Assembly: GCF_022539665.2 (NCBI RefSeq)
Contig: NC_081334.1
Span: forward strand, 1,302,001 to 1,366,000
Length of the DNA stretch: 64,000 nt
Source: Daphnia carinata
Lineage: Eukaryota
Direction: 5' to 3'
The position numbers and the translations under genes were made by a program. Position 1 is the stretch's first letter. Every line of letters begins with the position of its first letter. Shown here piece by piece: positions 13,801 through 25,195 of the stretch. The notes under the pieces were generated by a model. It was not told the origin of the DNA. It made no database searches and saw only the letters and a list, made by a program, of their open reading frames with translations.

Positions 13801-16800
13801 TTAATAGTCCTAGGAATATAAGGTTTTTTTTTTCTATCTTTAATTGCTGCTAGTATAGAACCACTCGGGGACGCTTGTTTTAAATAGGTCCTTAGTGGCA
13901 GTTAAACGACACGAGTGCATTGACGTATAGACAGTACGTATAAGATGTGCAGAGGAGAGACAAGCCCAATGTCGCAGACATAATAAGGTACATGGAGGAT
14001 ATGTGATTAAATGATGGTGTGCGATGGATGTGTATATTCAGCCGTCTTTTTGCAATGCAATCAGACGTAGTGGACAATCAAACGAAGTACTGCGGGGATG
14101 CATCCAGAGCAACAATCAAACAAGGTAGTAGCTTTGGCCATGATCGGCCTGACGTGATTACAGGCTGCAACAGCAGCAGGTAACGAATGGCAAGCACGAA
14201 GCAAGCGTTTGCTTTTCTGCAAGGCTATGCGAAATGAAGTAGGGCATCTTTGCAAATCTGGTTTTTCAAAAATGTAAACATCTCGCAGCTCCTCCATATC
14301 CAGGAATGAACGAACGAAATGTAGTGGCGTATTTAATCCGAGTTATTGCGTCAAAATGCAGCTGCGAATGACGCACCGTTTGAATACCAAAATTTCCATA
14401 TGAATCCGTCTTTTTTTTTTTTTTTTTTCGGCTCAATGATCAGCTTTTGATCTAAAAAGAAACTTGATGTCGTCTAATCTCCATATCATACATGCGTTTC
14501 GACAATTTATTTATTTATTTATTCGTTTTATCTACCCGTCGTTTTCGATTGTTGCTCGCCTTCGGTTACTGGAATCTCCACATACCAGCAGAGCGCGGCG
14601 AAGTCTAGTAAATTAAGAACGAGTCGATTTTAATTGCACCTTATCAGTTGGTTGTGCTTCTCTACGAGCCCCCCCCCCCCTTTTCGTTTGCCGCTGCCTC
14701 CGCCGCACTTGCCGCCGGCTCGTTTTTTTTTTTCTACCTATAAAAGATTGACAGTAAATGCATGAGCGGCTTGGCAGTCGGGCGCGCACTGTGTCTAAAA
14801 AGAATCAAATTTATACGAATGGAAAAATGTACTCTTACACACAAAAATCTATTTGAAAAAAAAAGGGAAAATTCAAGAACATCAATGGGAATTGTAAAAA
14901 AAAAAAAAAAAAAAAGAAATATTTTGCTGCATGACTTCTCCGATGCTAAGCGGCCAGAGGTCGGTTCTCATGCGTACGTACGTATTCATCATCGTGATCA
15001 ATGCGCTTCCCTTTAAAATCCCGATGAATGATGAATTAGCTGTGCGTGCCGCTCCTCTATGGATAAATCCAAACAACACACACACACATTTGCGCACACA
15101 CAAAAGAAAGGGCCTCGAGCTGGTTCCTCCCTTTCGCTCTCTCTCTCTCTCTCTCTTTATCAGTGGCAGCAGGTAAATGTACTCGCGCATGTAGCTTTAT
15201 TTTTTTTTTTTCTTTAACGCATTGATATATACATATATATATTTCGTTCTTTTCGTCTTGTATTGCAGCTCTGTTTTTCTTATGCCTGCCTGTTCTTTTT
15301 TTTTTCTGGTGGTTGATCGCGCACAAAAAAAAAAACGAGAGAAAAGAGAGGGAAATCAGAAAAGAAAAAGAAAAAAGAGGGCGGAGGAGAAGGAGGAGGC
15401 CGGAGCTCCTTCAAAACGATGAACACCTGCCGAGGTCTCTGACTTCAAAGGAGCCGATCGGTCCAGGTTAAATTACGTCCAATTAAGGAAGACTGTCAAT
15501 AGCCGCAAGGTTTCGTTTCGTCCTTCTCTTTTTTTTTTCTTATTTCTTTACATTTTTTTTTCTTGTCTTTCTTTCGGGGCTTAGCTCTACAGAGAGATCC
15601 GCGCTGCTGCTGGCTCACGTCTCTCGTCATACAGGCCCACATAGAAAGAGCCCCGTCACTCTAGAGTATATAGAGGGCCTATGGGCCCAATCTTCTTCAA
15701 TTGATTTGGCTCGAGCTGATCTCGTATAGGAGCATTCGGAGGTGATCTTGAGCAATGCACCTCGAGCGCAGATTGATGCGCGATGGCCATTAGCCTAGCT
15801 ATGTTAGGCTAGAGGAGGGGGAACTATAAAAAAAAAAAAAAAAAAAAAACGATGAAGAAGAACGAGAAGGCTGGAACACCTGGGCGCCATTAGGGTCATC
15901 AGAAGACCTAGCATCCATCGGGATTGCACCCAACGCTGCTGTTGGTGTCCATCTGTAAAAAAATGCGGAGATCATATACCAGCCGTATACGCTTCATCGT
16001 ACCGGCTTTCTAACATTTTATTATTATTCATTTGAATTCTTTCCTTTTGAATTTCCCGCTTCTAAAAAAAGGCGAAACAGATTCTCTCGTTGATGGTGTT
16101 TTTAGTAGCCTCCTTTCTATTGGGTTCTATCGCTCGTTTTCGTTCATTTATCATCAACAGTGGACGGAGGTGGACAAACAAATAATTGTTTTCAAATTGC
16201 CTAACGATCACGACTATCTTTTATCGATGATGATCGTGAGACGAGAGAAACATCGATGAGCGTGGCAGTTGGAAAAACAAATAAGAATAAGAAACATGAA
16301 ATGGAGCAAACGAGCCTCGGCCCGCGTGATGTTTGAGCGTAATGGCGGATAGCCCTGTCCTCCGATTTCCTTTCGTTTCCTCCCCGTCCTCCCCCCCTCC
16401 CAACCTTAAACTTTTCTTTACGCCATGTGTGTAGGGCAACAAAAATATGAGGCTGTACAAATTATACAAACGAGCCGCTTTTGAAATCCGATATACAACA
16501 TACGATAGGAAATCGATATATGGGAGAGAGAGCGAGAGAGGGAGAGGACAAGCGTGCAATGGGCCAATAGAGTCGGTATTCCAGTCGGGAACAAATAGCG
16601 AAGTATGTGGAGTTTTATTTTATTTATTTATTTATTTATTTTTGTTCCTTCGTAGCCTACAAGCGCAAAGCCACAACTGCCATTTGCCTACACGCATGTT
16701 TTTGTTTTTAATCAAAGCTATAGAGTTTTTCCTGATTGGAAACATGTCGGGAATTAGTTCAAGAAACGCAGGGAAAGCTTTATTGTTTTTTTTTTTAGCA

Positions 16801-17100
16801 TAAAGGTTTGGCCCCACCAGCAATTTGAGAAGGTGAGTAAAACTTAAAACGGTGTGAGAAAATAGAACAATGAATTTTGTCATTGTCTGATTCCCGATGC
16901 GTATGGAATACGATTGTTCTAATAACAAAAAGAAACTTCACTTTGGTTTTTGGAGCTTTTTTTTTTCATCAGTTTGTCTTTTTTTGACGATTTGTTTATT
17001 AGCATTGGTTTCAGTTGACTTTCAATCTCGTTGTTTAAAAGTTGCCGCCGTTGCCAATAATGTTGCGGGCAGTGGTCGGTAGGGGCGCTGCCTTAAAGCG
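1..17100. other. Low-complexity non-coding tract (poly-A/T, (GA)n, (CA)n, (TA)n), probably a large intergenic or intronic regulatory region
   Basis: Long homopolymers or dinucleotide repeats occur every 100-200 bp. ORFs here are mostly poly-F/poly-K/RE artefacts, and no recognisable protein domain was seen. Confidence 0.75.
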
Positions 17101-18179
17101 AAGGGTGTCAGGGCGGAGCGTTGAAGATGGGCCCACGTTGAACGGAAAAAGATGGCGCTTTCGTCTGCTGGCTTTTCCGAACAGTTGGCCAACTCCTTAA
17201 TTCGTATGTGAGGTCATAGCTCAGACATTCTAATTTACAAATGATGTTAATTCTTGGACTTTTTGATTTGTTTTTAATTGTTTGATTATTCCAGTGGTGT
17301 CCACGTTTGTTCGTCATAGCTTAAAGGGTATTTTGATTAATCAAAAATCAACAAAAATTTATCGGTACATCATATGTTTTTAGGTCGTACACCATGGCAT
17401 GCTGATCAGCATGGTGGAAATCTTCTTGACTGAGCTTAAATTCGCACATGTCTCGATTGAGAAAGTTTATGTCAACAAAATTTTGCAAAAGAGGTATTCT
17501 AGGTAAAATGGCAGAAAGTATTCACAAATCAGTTCACTAAATAGTTAAGTATATTTTGTATCAGAAACTGCCGTAATTCATTCTCTGTGATATTTGTGAA
17601 ATTCCTGGGAGTAGTAATGTGAACCAGTGGATGATATCAAGCTTAAAAAAAAAACAAGAAAAACAATCAACCCAGGAACTGAGGCAGATGAAAAACTAAA
17701 CTTTAGATGCTGTACTGTAAAGCAAAATGAAACACAACGAAAACGTTCAGAAACAACATAATGCAAACACTGCTTTTAAAATGGTAGTCTTGTACATTTC
17801 TGGTTGCAAACTTTATTCTACTAATTATTTCTACACTTTGTCATTTTTAATGTCAAATGCAGGGGCATCTTATTCATTACTATAAGGACCAAAGTTTGGA
17901 TGTTACATTGCTTTTTAAAAAAACTTTCATTTTCTTTTCCATCCTCTCAAGTAATTCAGTTGCCAGTATGATGAACATTCAAGCTCCCGTTCCGTTCAAG
18001 CCATTCCGTAAAAAGTGGGAAGGCTATACTCTTCCCAGTTTTTCATTTTTTGTAAAATTTTTTTTTTTTTTTTTTTTCACCAAGACTGTCGGGAACTTCG
18101 CGAACATCTGTAGCCGTTGAGTTTACAGCGAAAAATTTCTTATCTTGGATTAGGACCCACCCGGCTGTTCAAGAAGTTA

Positions 18180-18430
18180 CCTACGATGCGTAACTAAGAA
18201 GTAACTAGATGGCGTTAGAAGCACAGAAGCCTACGATGCCTAACTAGCAAGCAACTAGATGGCGTTAGAAGCACGGAAGCCTACGATGCCTACCTAGCAA
18301 GCAACTAGATGGCGTTAGAAGCACGAAAGCCTACGATGCCTAACTAGCAAGCAACTAGATGGCGTTAGAAGCACGGAAGCCTACTATGCCTATATAGCAA
18401 GTAACCAGATGGCGTTATAAGTACGGAAGC
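18180..18430 (+). repeat. Tandem array, 5 x 50 bp (CCTACGATGCCTAACTAGCAAGCAACTAGATGGCGTTAGAAGCACGGAAG)
   Basis: 50-bp periodicity is directly visible, with few substitutions. Each unit contains ACYAGATGGCG. Confidence 0.95.
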
Positions 18431-19688
18431 ACCAGGGGCGTGGTTAAAATGGTTAACTGGATGAAAACGAGTCTTGGTAATGGACAAATGGTAGACGCAC
18501 GACATTTTGTTTTTCATCTGTGTCGTCGAGTTAATTTTCTGCATGCCATCAACTGAAAGCGCTCGCCATTTTGGTCTTCCCTCATGCAGGCTGAACTGTC
18601 TTCATGATTTGGTAAATTGTAACAGATTTCAACAGAATTATTATTATGGTCGCTGTTATATGAAATTTTTAGGTCTCCTTTTTCTGCCATAAAATGGCAG
18701 AAAATTAATGGAAATCAATTTCGTTTATTAAGAACAAAAGATTTAGGTACCTGTTAGTTTAGTTTATGTTCATATTTATGTATTAATGAATTATTAAAAA
18801 TTCTTCACATAATATCTTTTCTTCTATAGTAATCCTTGGCATAATAAAAACCAAAAAATGATTTGGAAGCATCTGGAGTTTACGGAAGGAATTGCTGCCT
18901 GTGTTTAGTTTTGCTTGAGTATTGTCACAACCCTCATGGTATGGCAGAGATAATCATGGTAAAATTGATAAAGAAAATTCTTTTTTCCCCATAAACTTGG
19001 CAGTAACACAAACTAATGGAGGTCATGAAGTATAGCCCTAAGGTTGGTAAAGCTATATACAAGGATAGCAAAAAACAAACAAAGGTGTCAAAGGCATGTT
19101 AAGTCATACACAGAGCATTTTTTAAAAATTATTTCTCAGAGTAGTAGTTGATTCATCAACTATGCCAAAAGATTCATTTCAACACAAACATCAAAGGTAT
19201 GTATACTTCAGAAATTATTAACGTAACCAAAAAAAAACCATAAATGACATTTCATTTATAGGTATGTTGTGCAGTGGAGCCATTGGGTTGGTAGTGTCTA
19301 TCAGAGTGACATCAAGTTGTACAAAATAGTAGAACAGAATTGTCAGAGTATAGTCGAGCTCTCTGTGACCATGGCAGAAAATCGTAGCATTTGCCGTCAG
19401 CTGCAATTTACATTGTCCATCAGCTTTCAGCTAAGGATAAACTATCAACGTATTCCGCACTTTGGCCTGTATATCCGTAAATTTCGATTGGTCGTAAGTT
19501 TGTGCAAATTTTTAGAAGTCAATCACAATTTAAAATTAATTATTGAAAATTTTACAAATTAATTATCGTTATTACAGACCTGTAGAAGTTGAAAGCATCA
19601 GGTAATTAGAACCGTGTCCTTTTTTGAATGCTCAAAAAACTAGATCAACATTTTTATTGTCTATTGTCTTGTAAAAGCTAACTACAAC

Positions 19689-20404
19689 ATCAAGCTGCTG
19701 TCTTGGCTGTTATCTTTTATTGATAGCTGGAAAGACCGCTGGTGTACCGATGGACTCGTCCGAGTACTATGTCACATGTGCGACACGCCACAACGTTCGT
19801 TGCTCTCACATACTTCTCTACCGGGATACCAGATTGCTACAAAATGAAAAAATACAACATAACCACGTATGCCACTTCCAACTACTGCACTGAAGTTTCT
19901 AAATACTAATTTAGTACTATATAGAAACTCGGGTTTACCGCATTTTAATGTATGCCTCACCAAGCTACATTACCAATTCATCCGAGTACTACACGACTAA
20001 ACCTGTGTATTGCACAACGACTTGTGTTACGTTAACATATTCTACCAAAGCCTCGAAATATCACCCTTCACTGGTTTACTACACCGACGCTGCCCAATCT
20101 TATTACGTCGTGTCCAACTACTACGCGTCAACTTATGCCGCTTCAGTTTACTACACTGAAGATCTGAAATGAAAGTCGGTTGGAGTCTACTTTGCTGAGG
20201 TTTCTTTTTACTATATTACTTCGTTTATCTCGCGTTGCTCTTAAACTAAGGCCACAGAATACTACATCACAAATGCTGACAATTACTATATTACCGCATT
20301 GCACACATCTCATTTCCGGAATCTTACCCTTCCAGAAGGTGGAATACCATACTACAACCCGAGTTACTATACCGAGAGCAAAAGTTTTTACACCGAATGC
20401 ATAA
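19689..20404 (+). pseudogene. Degenerate secreted Tyr/Thr-rich repeat protein gene (YYT-repeat family)
   Basis: Frameshifted pieces read IKLLSWLLS / LIAGKTAGVPMDSSEYY (signal-peptide-like), ITTYATSNYCTEVSKY*, SSEYYTTKP and STYAASVYYTEDLK*. There is no ATG, and there are several stops and frameshifts. The family resemblance is recalled, not searched. Confidence 0.65.
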
Positions 20405-21022
20405 AGGCATAATGCACGTAGATAATCCATAATTAAAAATATGGAAAATTGCTCACGTGCATGTATTGTGTCGTTATGACCTGCACGTCTATAGTTCAAA
20501 AGATTTTGGGCCCATCTCTCCTGATGCTTGGCGATTGAAATTTTGGTGAAGTTATATAATCAAAATTCATTATTGTGAAAAGTAATGGTTACTGATCACA
20601 TTCATCAACTTGGAATTGATCAAGTGATTGATGTAGTATCCTCATTTATACCCAATTTAGTCCGTATTTTTATTTGTGTGTATTTCGCGATCACTTTACC
20701 ATATTTGAATTCATGCAGTAGCCATGAAGTAGAACGGCGTAGTCACGGCTGCGGAACTAGTTGAGCTACGTTTGTTGCGGCTCAGAGATGGCGTTGTCTC
20801 TACCAATTCCAGTACAATCCGATATTTGAAATTTTTGCCCCGCTGTTGTGCTTCACATGTTAACATTAGTTTAATGATGCATCATATCGTACCTTGCAAT
20901 TTATGTGAAGTAGAAGCATGGATCATTTCTTGTTTGAGATACATAATATTGTCTAATATGGTTAACTATCTAAAAGTTAACGCTTTTTACTATGATCTTG
21001 TAGTGTAAGCTACACATGTTAA

Positions 21023-21170
21023 GCTCCAGAGATGGCGTACAAATTGCCAGTATGCTCCGGTATTTGACAGTTTCGACCGCCAGAGTGCTCTGGAGAATTG
21101 ATATGTTAATAGCTAGGCCCTATTAACATCGGAGCCTACTGGCAATTTGGTGTTATGCTATCTGTGGAGC
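21023..21170. repeat. Imperfect inverted repeat, ~45-bp arms
   Basis: CAAATTGCCAGTATGCTCCG (21040-21059) matches the reverse complement of 21130-21149 at 19/20. Outer GCTCCA...TGGAGC also pair. Confidence 0.8.
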
Positions 21171-24062
21171 CTAATGTCGTCTGTCATGTCTGCTGCTTGA
21201 AATGTAAACTGCTAAATTCGTTTTTTCTTAACTCCGCTTGCTGTTTTCCCGTACACGTTAGCGTAGTCCTGAGCACGTACTGAACTCCACGCTGACAGTC
21301 CTTGAAAAAACTTAGAAGTGCCGTGTAGCACGTGGATCAGAAATATCGGGATTCGACTGACATTCGTAGGTATGAATTTTTTTTTCAACTCCCAATTGTC
21401 CACAGTAATCAGTTATTCTTGGCTTGCAAATCAATAGATAATCTTAATATCTGATTAATTTAGAGATGGACAAATTTTGTTTGTCTTCGAAAAGATTAAG
21501 ATTTTAGTATTGAAATTAAACATCTGCCTTCGTTTTGATCTCTATATAATCTAAATAATAGACTGTTTTGTTCTGATATGAATTTTTCTGTCCAGGTTAC
21601 TTTATGTTGATGGACTTCGATTACAGCTGTAAAACTATACCTAGTACTTTAAGCATTTACAACACAAGAGCAATATTGAAGTTTCTATAAAAAATGCACC
21701 AGCATTCACAAGGGAGTGGGTTCACAGACTGACTAATGTTTTGATTTTGCCCTTGATCTACATAAGTTGTCTTTCAAACGGTAATATGATGTTTTATGGG
21801 CACCGTGTATAAAAGATCTTCATCAGCATTCCAGAAACTTCTTCACCGCAGCAGTTATCCTTTGGTAATAATCAGAAATTCTATGCATTTACGGAAAGAT
21901 CGAGGAATGATTGCTACAGGAACATGTATGAACCCTCAAAATCAGGTGTGATTTTGATCTCAACTCCTTTGGCCCTACGTTACCAACATCCTTTGGGTTA
22001 AAAAGCTACGCCTGAGAAATTTCATTAAGGAAAGATCAAATGTATTACTTTCTTTCGTTTGCAATCGGTTTCTCACTTCTAAGGTGCCACCAGCAAACTC
22101 AACAACCAGAGGAGTGCTAGGCATTTGCGGGTGAACGTGAAAATAGTTGACCGCCTGTTAATTGTAATTCCGAATTTTGCTTAAATTTTTATTTTCAATG
22201 GTGCATATACATAGTTGAGTTGCTGGTAATTGTAATAGCCATCATCCTCTGTTAAGTCCTTCAAAAATCGTAAGACCTATCAAGGTATAATTTTTCTGAG
22301 AACATTAAGAACCATCTTTGTTTCCTTCTAATATTTTTCTTCTCTCTAGGTTATTTCATGTTGAAAATTTACATTACGCCGAAAAATACACCAGCAGTCA
22401 GCCACCAGACAGTAGGTTTAAGAGGACTACCTTGCCTTGCTGAAAGTGTTAGGTTTCCCTAGGATCTGCGTCATCCGAAACATTCGACTGACTGTCTCCG
22501 ATTACGTATCTGCTGAAAGTTAATATGTCGTTGTATCGGGCAAGCAAGCTAAAGAAATAAAGTAAGATAAAACGGGGGGGGGGGGGGTTATAAATTATAA
22601 AACATGCTTCTCTGTTTGGGCCGATGCGACTTTTCTTTATTCGACGGAACATGCCATTTCAGTTGTGCCGATGGTTCGTGTTTGTGGTAAAACTGGCGCA
22701 TATTAGCTGATTACCATTCTTCCTTAGACAATGTCTTGTTTGTCACTCGTCCTTTATTTCTCGCAATCCCTTTCGGACAGCATCTTGCATGAGAAACTTT
22801 CACAGGGGAAATAGATTATCCGCTAATTTCTCTGGGATACTTTCAGCGTGTTTTATACTCTTTATATTTTATCGTTTGACTGTAAGGACTGGCGCGGAAA
22901 ACTAATGTCGTTCTTTTTTTTTTGTCATTTTCTTTGTTAAATTGTTATAAGCGCAAAGGGCACACAGGTGTACGCAATACCGGACCGCTTAGGTTTTAAA
23001 TGAAAATTACTATGTCCTGTGGTTTGGAATCATTATATGGCCGCGTATTCTATGTTGTATTTTCATTGGAATACCTAGGTTTTTGAATAAACAACCTGTT
23101 CCCTAATTCCTTTTGATTCGTTTTTATTGTGGTTGTAAACAAAAAAACTAGATGTCGCAGGTGTGGTTCCAAAATGGTGTTGTGATTACGTGTGACAGTG
23201 ATGTGAGCAGTGAAATCTGTGTTTGAAAGTTTTTGTTAAAAATGTTTTATTCCAGTGGGAAGTTATAAAAAAACTAACTACTATTAAGTGTTCTATTCCC
23301 TGTGAAGTTTTTGGAAGTGAAGCACACTAAATAGTTCATTTTTTATGTAACAGGCAATCTTGCAAGCTACCAATTCCAAACAGTGACAGATTGCTCTGCT
23401 ACAAAACTATGACCTTAGCATTCCAACGTGCTACTCTGTTGCTCTTTTTAGAGGTATTTTACTTTACATGGCCCTTAGTATACCATTTGGCATGATTCCG
23501 ACTTTAAGATCTAGCTTGTGAAACTTACAACAGGAAAAATGCTAACCAAGAGGAAGTACACCAACGAAGTGAATTCTTGGAATCATTACACCACTGTCCA
23601 ATTCGACTACCCTTTGCCCTAGTCATAAGAATCAGTTTTATTGTGGTAAATGCATCATGTTGCTCTTTGTTTGGTTTCCAATGAGTAACCACTACCAATC
23701 AACACACACAGACATGGACATCAAAACCAATCCCTTTTGGTATTTTATCTTGGAGGTTTATTTAGTATTGCTTTTTTAAAATTTATTTTCCCATTGTAGG
23801 GCTGCCAAGCTTTCAAGTTCTTCAGCCGAAATTACCAGCCCTTCAACTTTTGCAGTCTTCGAACAACAGGCTTAAGTAATTGTGTTCCCTGTTATAATTA
23901 CACCAATAATCTTATATTCCACATGTAGTCACACGTTTGTTTTCATATTCATTACTTAGAACTATGCCATCGTCTTCATTCTCACGCAAAATTGAAACAA
24001 AAATTCTAAGTTTTGCCCGTTCTTCGCTCCTTCATACGTCGTCACCAGGCTTTTCGCCCTGT

Positions 24063-24256
24063 CCGTCGCCCAGTCTTCGCCTCGCCCGTCGCCCCGTCTT
24101 CGCCTCGCCCGTTGCCCCGTCTTCGCCTCGCCCGTCGCCCCGTCTTCGCCTCGCCCGTCGCCCCGTCTTCGCCTCGCCCATCGCCCCATCTTCGCCTCGC
24201 CCGTCGCCCCATCTTCGTCTCGCCCGTCATCCTGTCGTCGCCGCGTCCGTTGCCCC
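24063..24256 (+). repeat. GC-rich minisatellite, ~8 x 23 bp (GCCCCGTCTTCGCCTCGCCCGTC)
   Basis: The tandem units are directly visible. Confidence 0.95.
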
Positions 24257-24314
24257 TTGGTCATCTTATCTGTGTGGTATGGTTATGTTTTGTAATGTAT
24301 GTAATGTATAATGT

Positions 24315-24633
24315 AAACTAACCCGTTGGCTGCCACCCACCTTTTATCCCCTTTTTTTTTTAGCTTGACAGGGACGGGCCGCGCTGTTCTGCTCCATGGT
24401 CTATCTGCCATGGGGTGGAGCAGCGCCACTGCCCAAGATTGGCCGAAAGGCCTGTAGGCAATGCACCACAGGGATTCCCTTGATCGATGCGCTTGATGAG
24501 ACCTGGGGTGTGCATTCCCGTAAAGGTCTCATCATCGTGTCAGCCCGGCCCCCCTGGCCCCCTTTATCGCTATCCCTAAGATAGCGATGTAGCGACTGTA
24601 GTTAAGATGGCGTGGCAGCCAACGGGTTAGTTT
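24315..24633 (+). ncRNA. Candidate structured RNA/ssDNA module A, enclosed by a perfect 22-bp inverted repeat
   Basis: IR 24315-24336/24612-24633. A 19-bp stem 24381-24399/24408-24426 has 4 G.U pairs on the + strand. Also a GGCC-GAAA-GGCC tetraloop, an 11-bp stem 24494-24504/24524-24534, and loop-loop complementarity AATGCAC/GTGCATT. Confidence 0.6.
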
Positions 24634-24763
24634 TAAGTGTATGTATGTATGTATGTATTGTATGTGTATTATGTAAAGTGGTGGATTTGAGGGTGGAAGG
24701 AGGGAAAATAAAAAGATTTTTAATTATTTATATTTGTATTTATTTTATTATATGGTGAATGAT

Positions 24764-24822
24764 TTGGGGATCGAACCCAAGGAATCTCACACGCTTATCA
24801 CGTGCTTTACCATCAATCTAAC
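24764..24822 (-). pseudogene. tRNA-like repeat (degenerate A box and B box)
   Basis: Minus strand reads TAGATTGATGGTAAAGCA...GGGTTCGATCCCC. There is no intact cloverleaf. Confidence 0.55.
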
Positions 24823-24918
24823 AACTATTCATTATCTATGAAAAAGCTATCCCATAATAACCTTGTATAGAACTCATTTCAACATACCCATAAAAATCTA
24901 AAGTTAGGTATGTAAGAA

Positions 24919-24988
24919 CAGTGATGGTACAAAGGTAGTGTGCTGGACTGTAGTGTTGAAGGTCTGTGGTTCAACTCCCAGGCCGGGT
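24919..24988 (+). pseudogene. tRNA-like repeat
   Basis: TGGTACAAAGGTAG...GGACTGTAG...GGTTCAACTCC has tRNA-type A/B-box spacing, but the stems are broken. Confidence 0.5.
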
Positions 24989-25127
24989 GCTATTGCTTGA
25001 CCGCCGATAAGCGCCCTAAAAGTTTCTGGAATGACGGAATCTGCATGAAGCCATCCGATCGTCGAGGAGAAAGAATTTCGTTATTTTGACATTTAAGGGC
25101 GTTTTGTGAAAAATATCGTGTCATATC

Positions 25128-25195
25128 GACTCTAAGTATTGAACCCTTAACCTTCGGATTCTGAAGCCGATGCTCTACCACTGAGCCATTTCACG
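25128..25195 (-). pseudogene. tRNA-like repeat (GAGCATCGGC type)
   Basis: Minus strand reads TGGCTCAGTGGTAGAGCATCGGCTTCAGAATCCGAAGGTTAAGGGTTCAATAC. Confidence 0.65.

Noticed and set aside
141..17082. Numerous ORFs in the first 17 kb, including the 239-aa ORF at 1611-2330
   Set aside because: Most run through homopolymers and microsatellites, and none shows a recognisable domain or consistent exon structure.
17321..17345. TTAA-AGGG terminus of a Kolobok/piggyBac-like element
   Set aside because: No matching inverted end was found in the window.
23937..24321. Pro/Arg/Ser-rich ORFs
   Set aside because: They are open only because the 23-bp repeat lacks stop codons.
24441..24534. Hammerhead ribozyme in module A (TGATGAG and CGAAA)
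   Set aside because: The core reads TTGATGA rather than CTGATGA and is fully paired with TCATCA. GAAA sits in a tetraloop, not a three-way junction.
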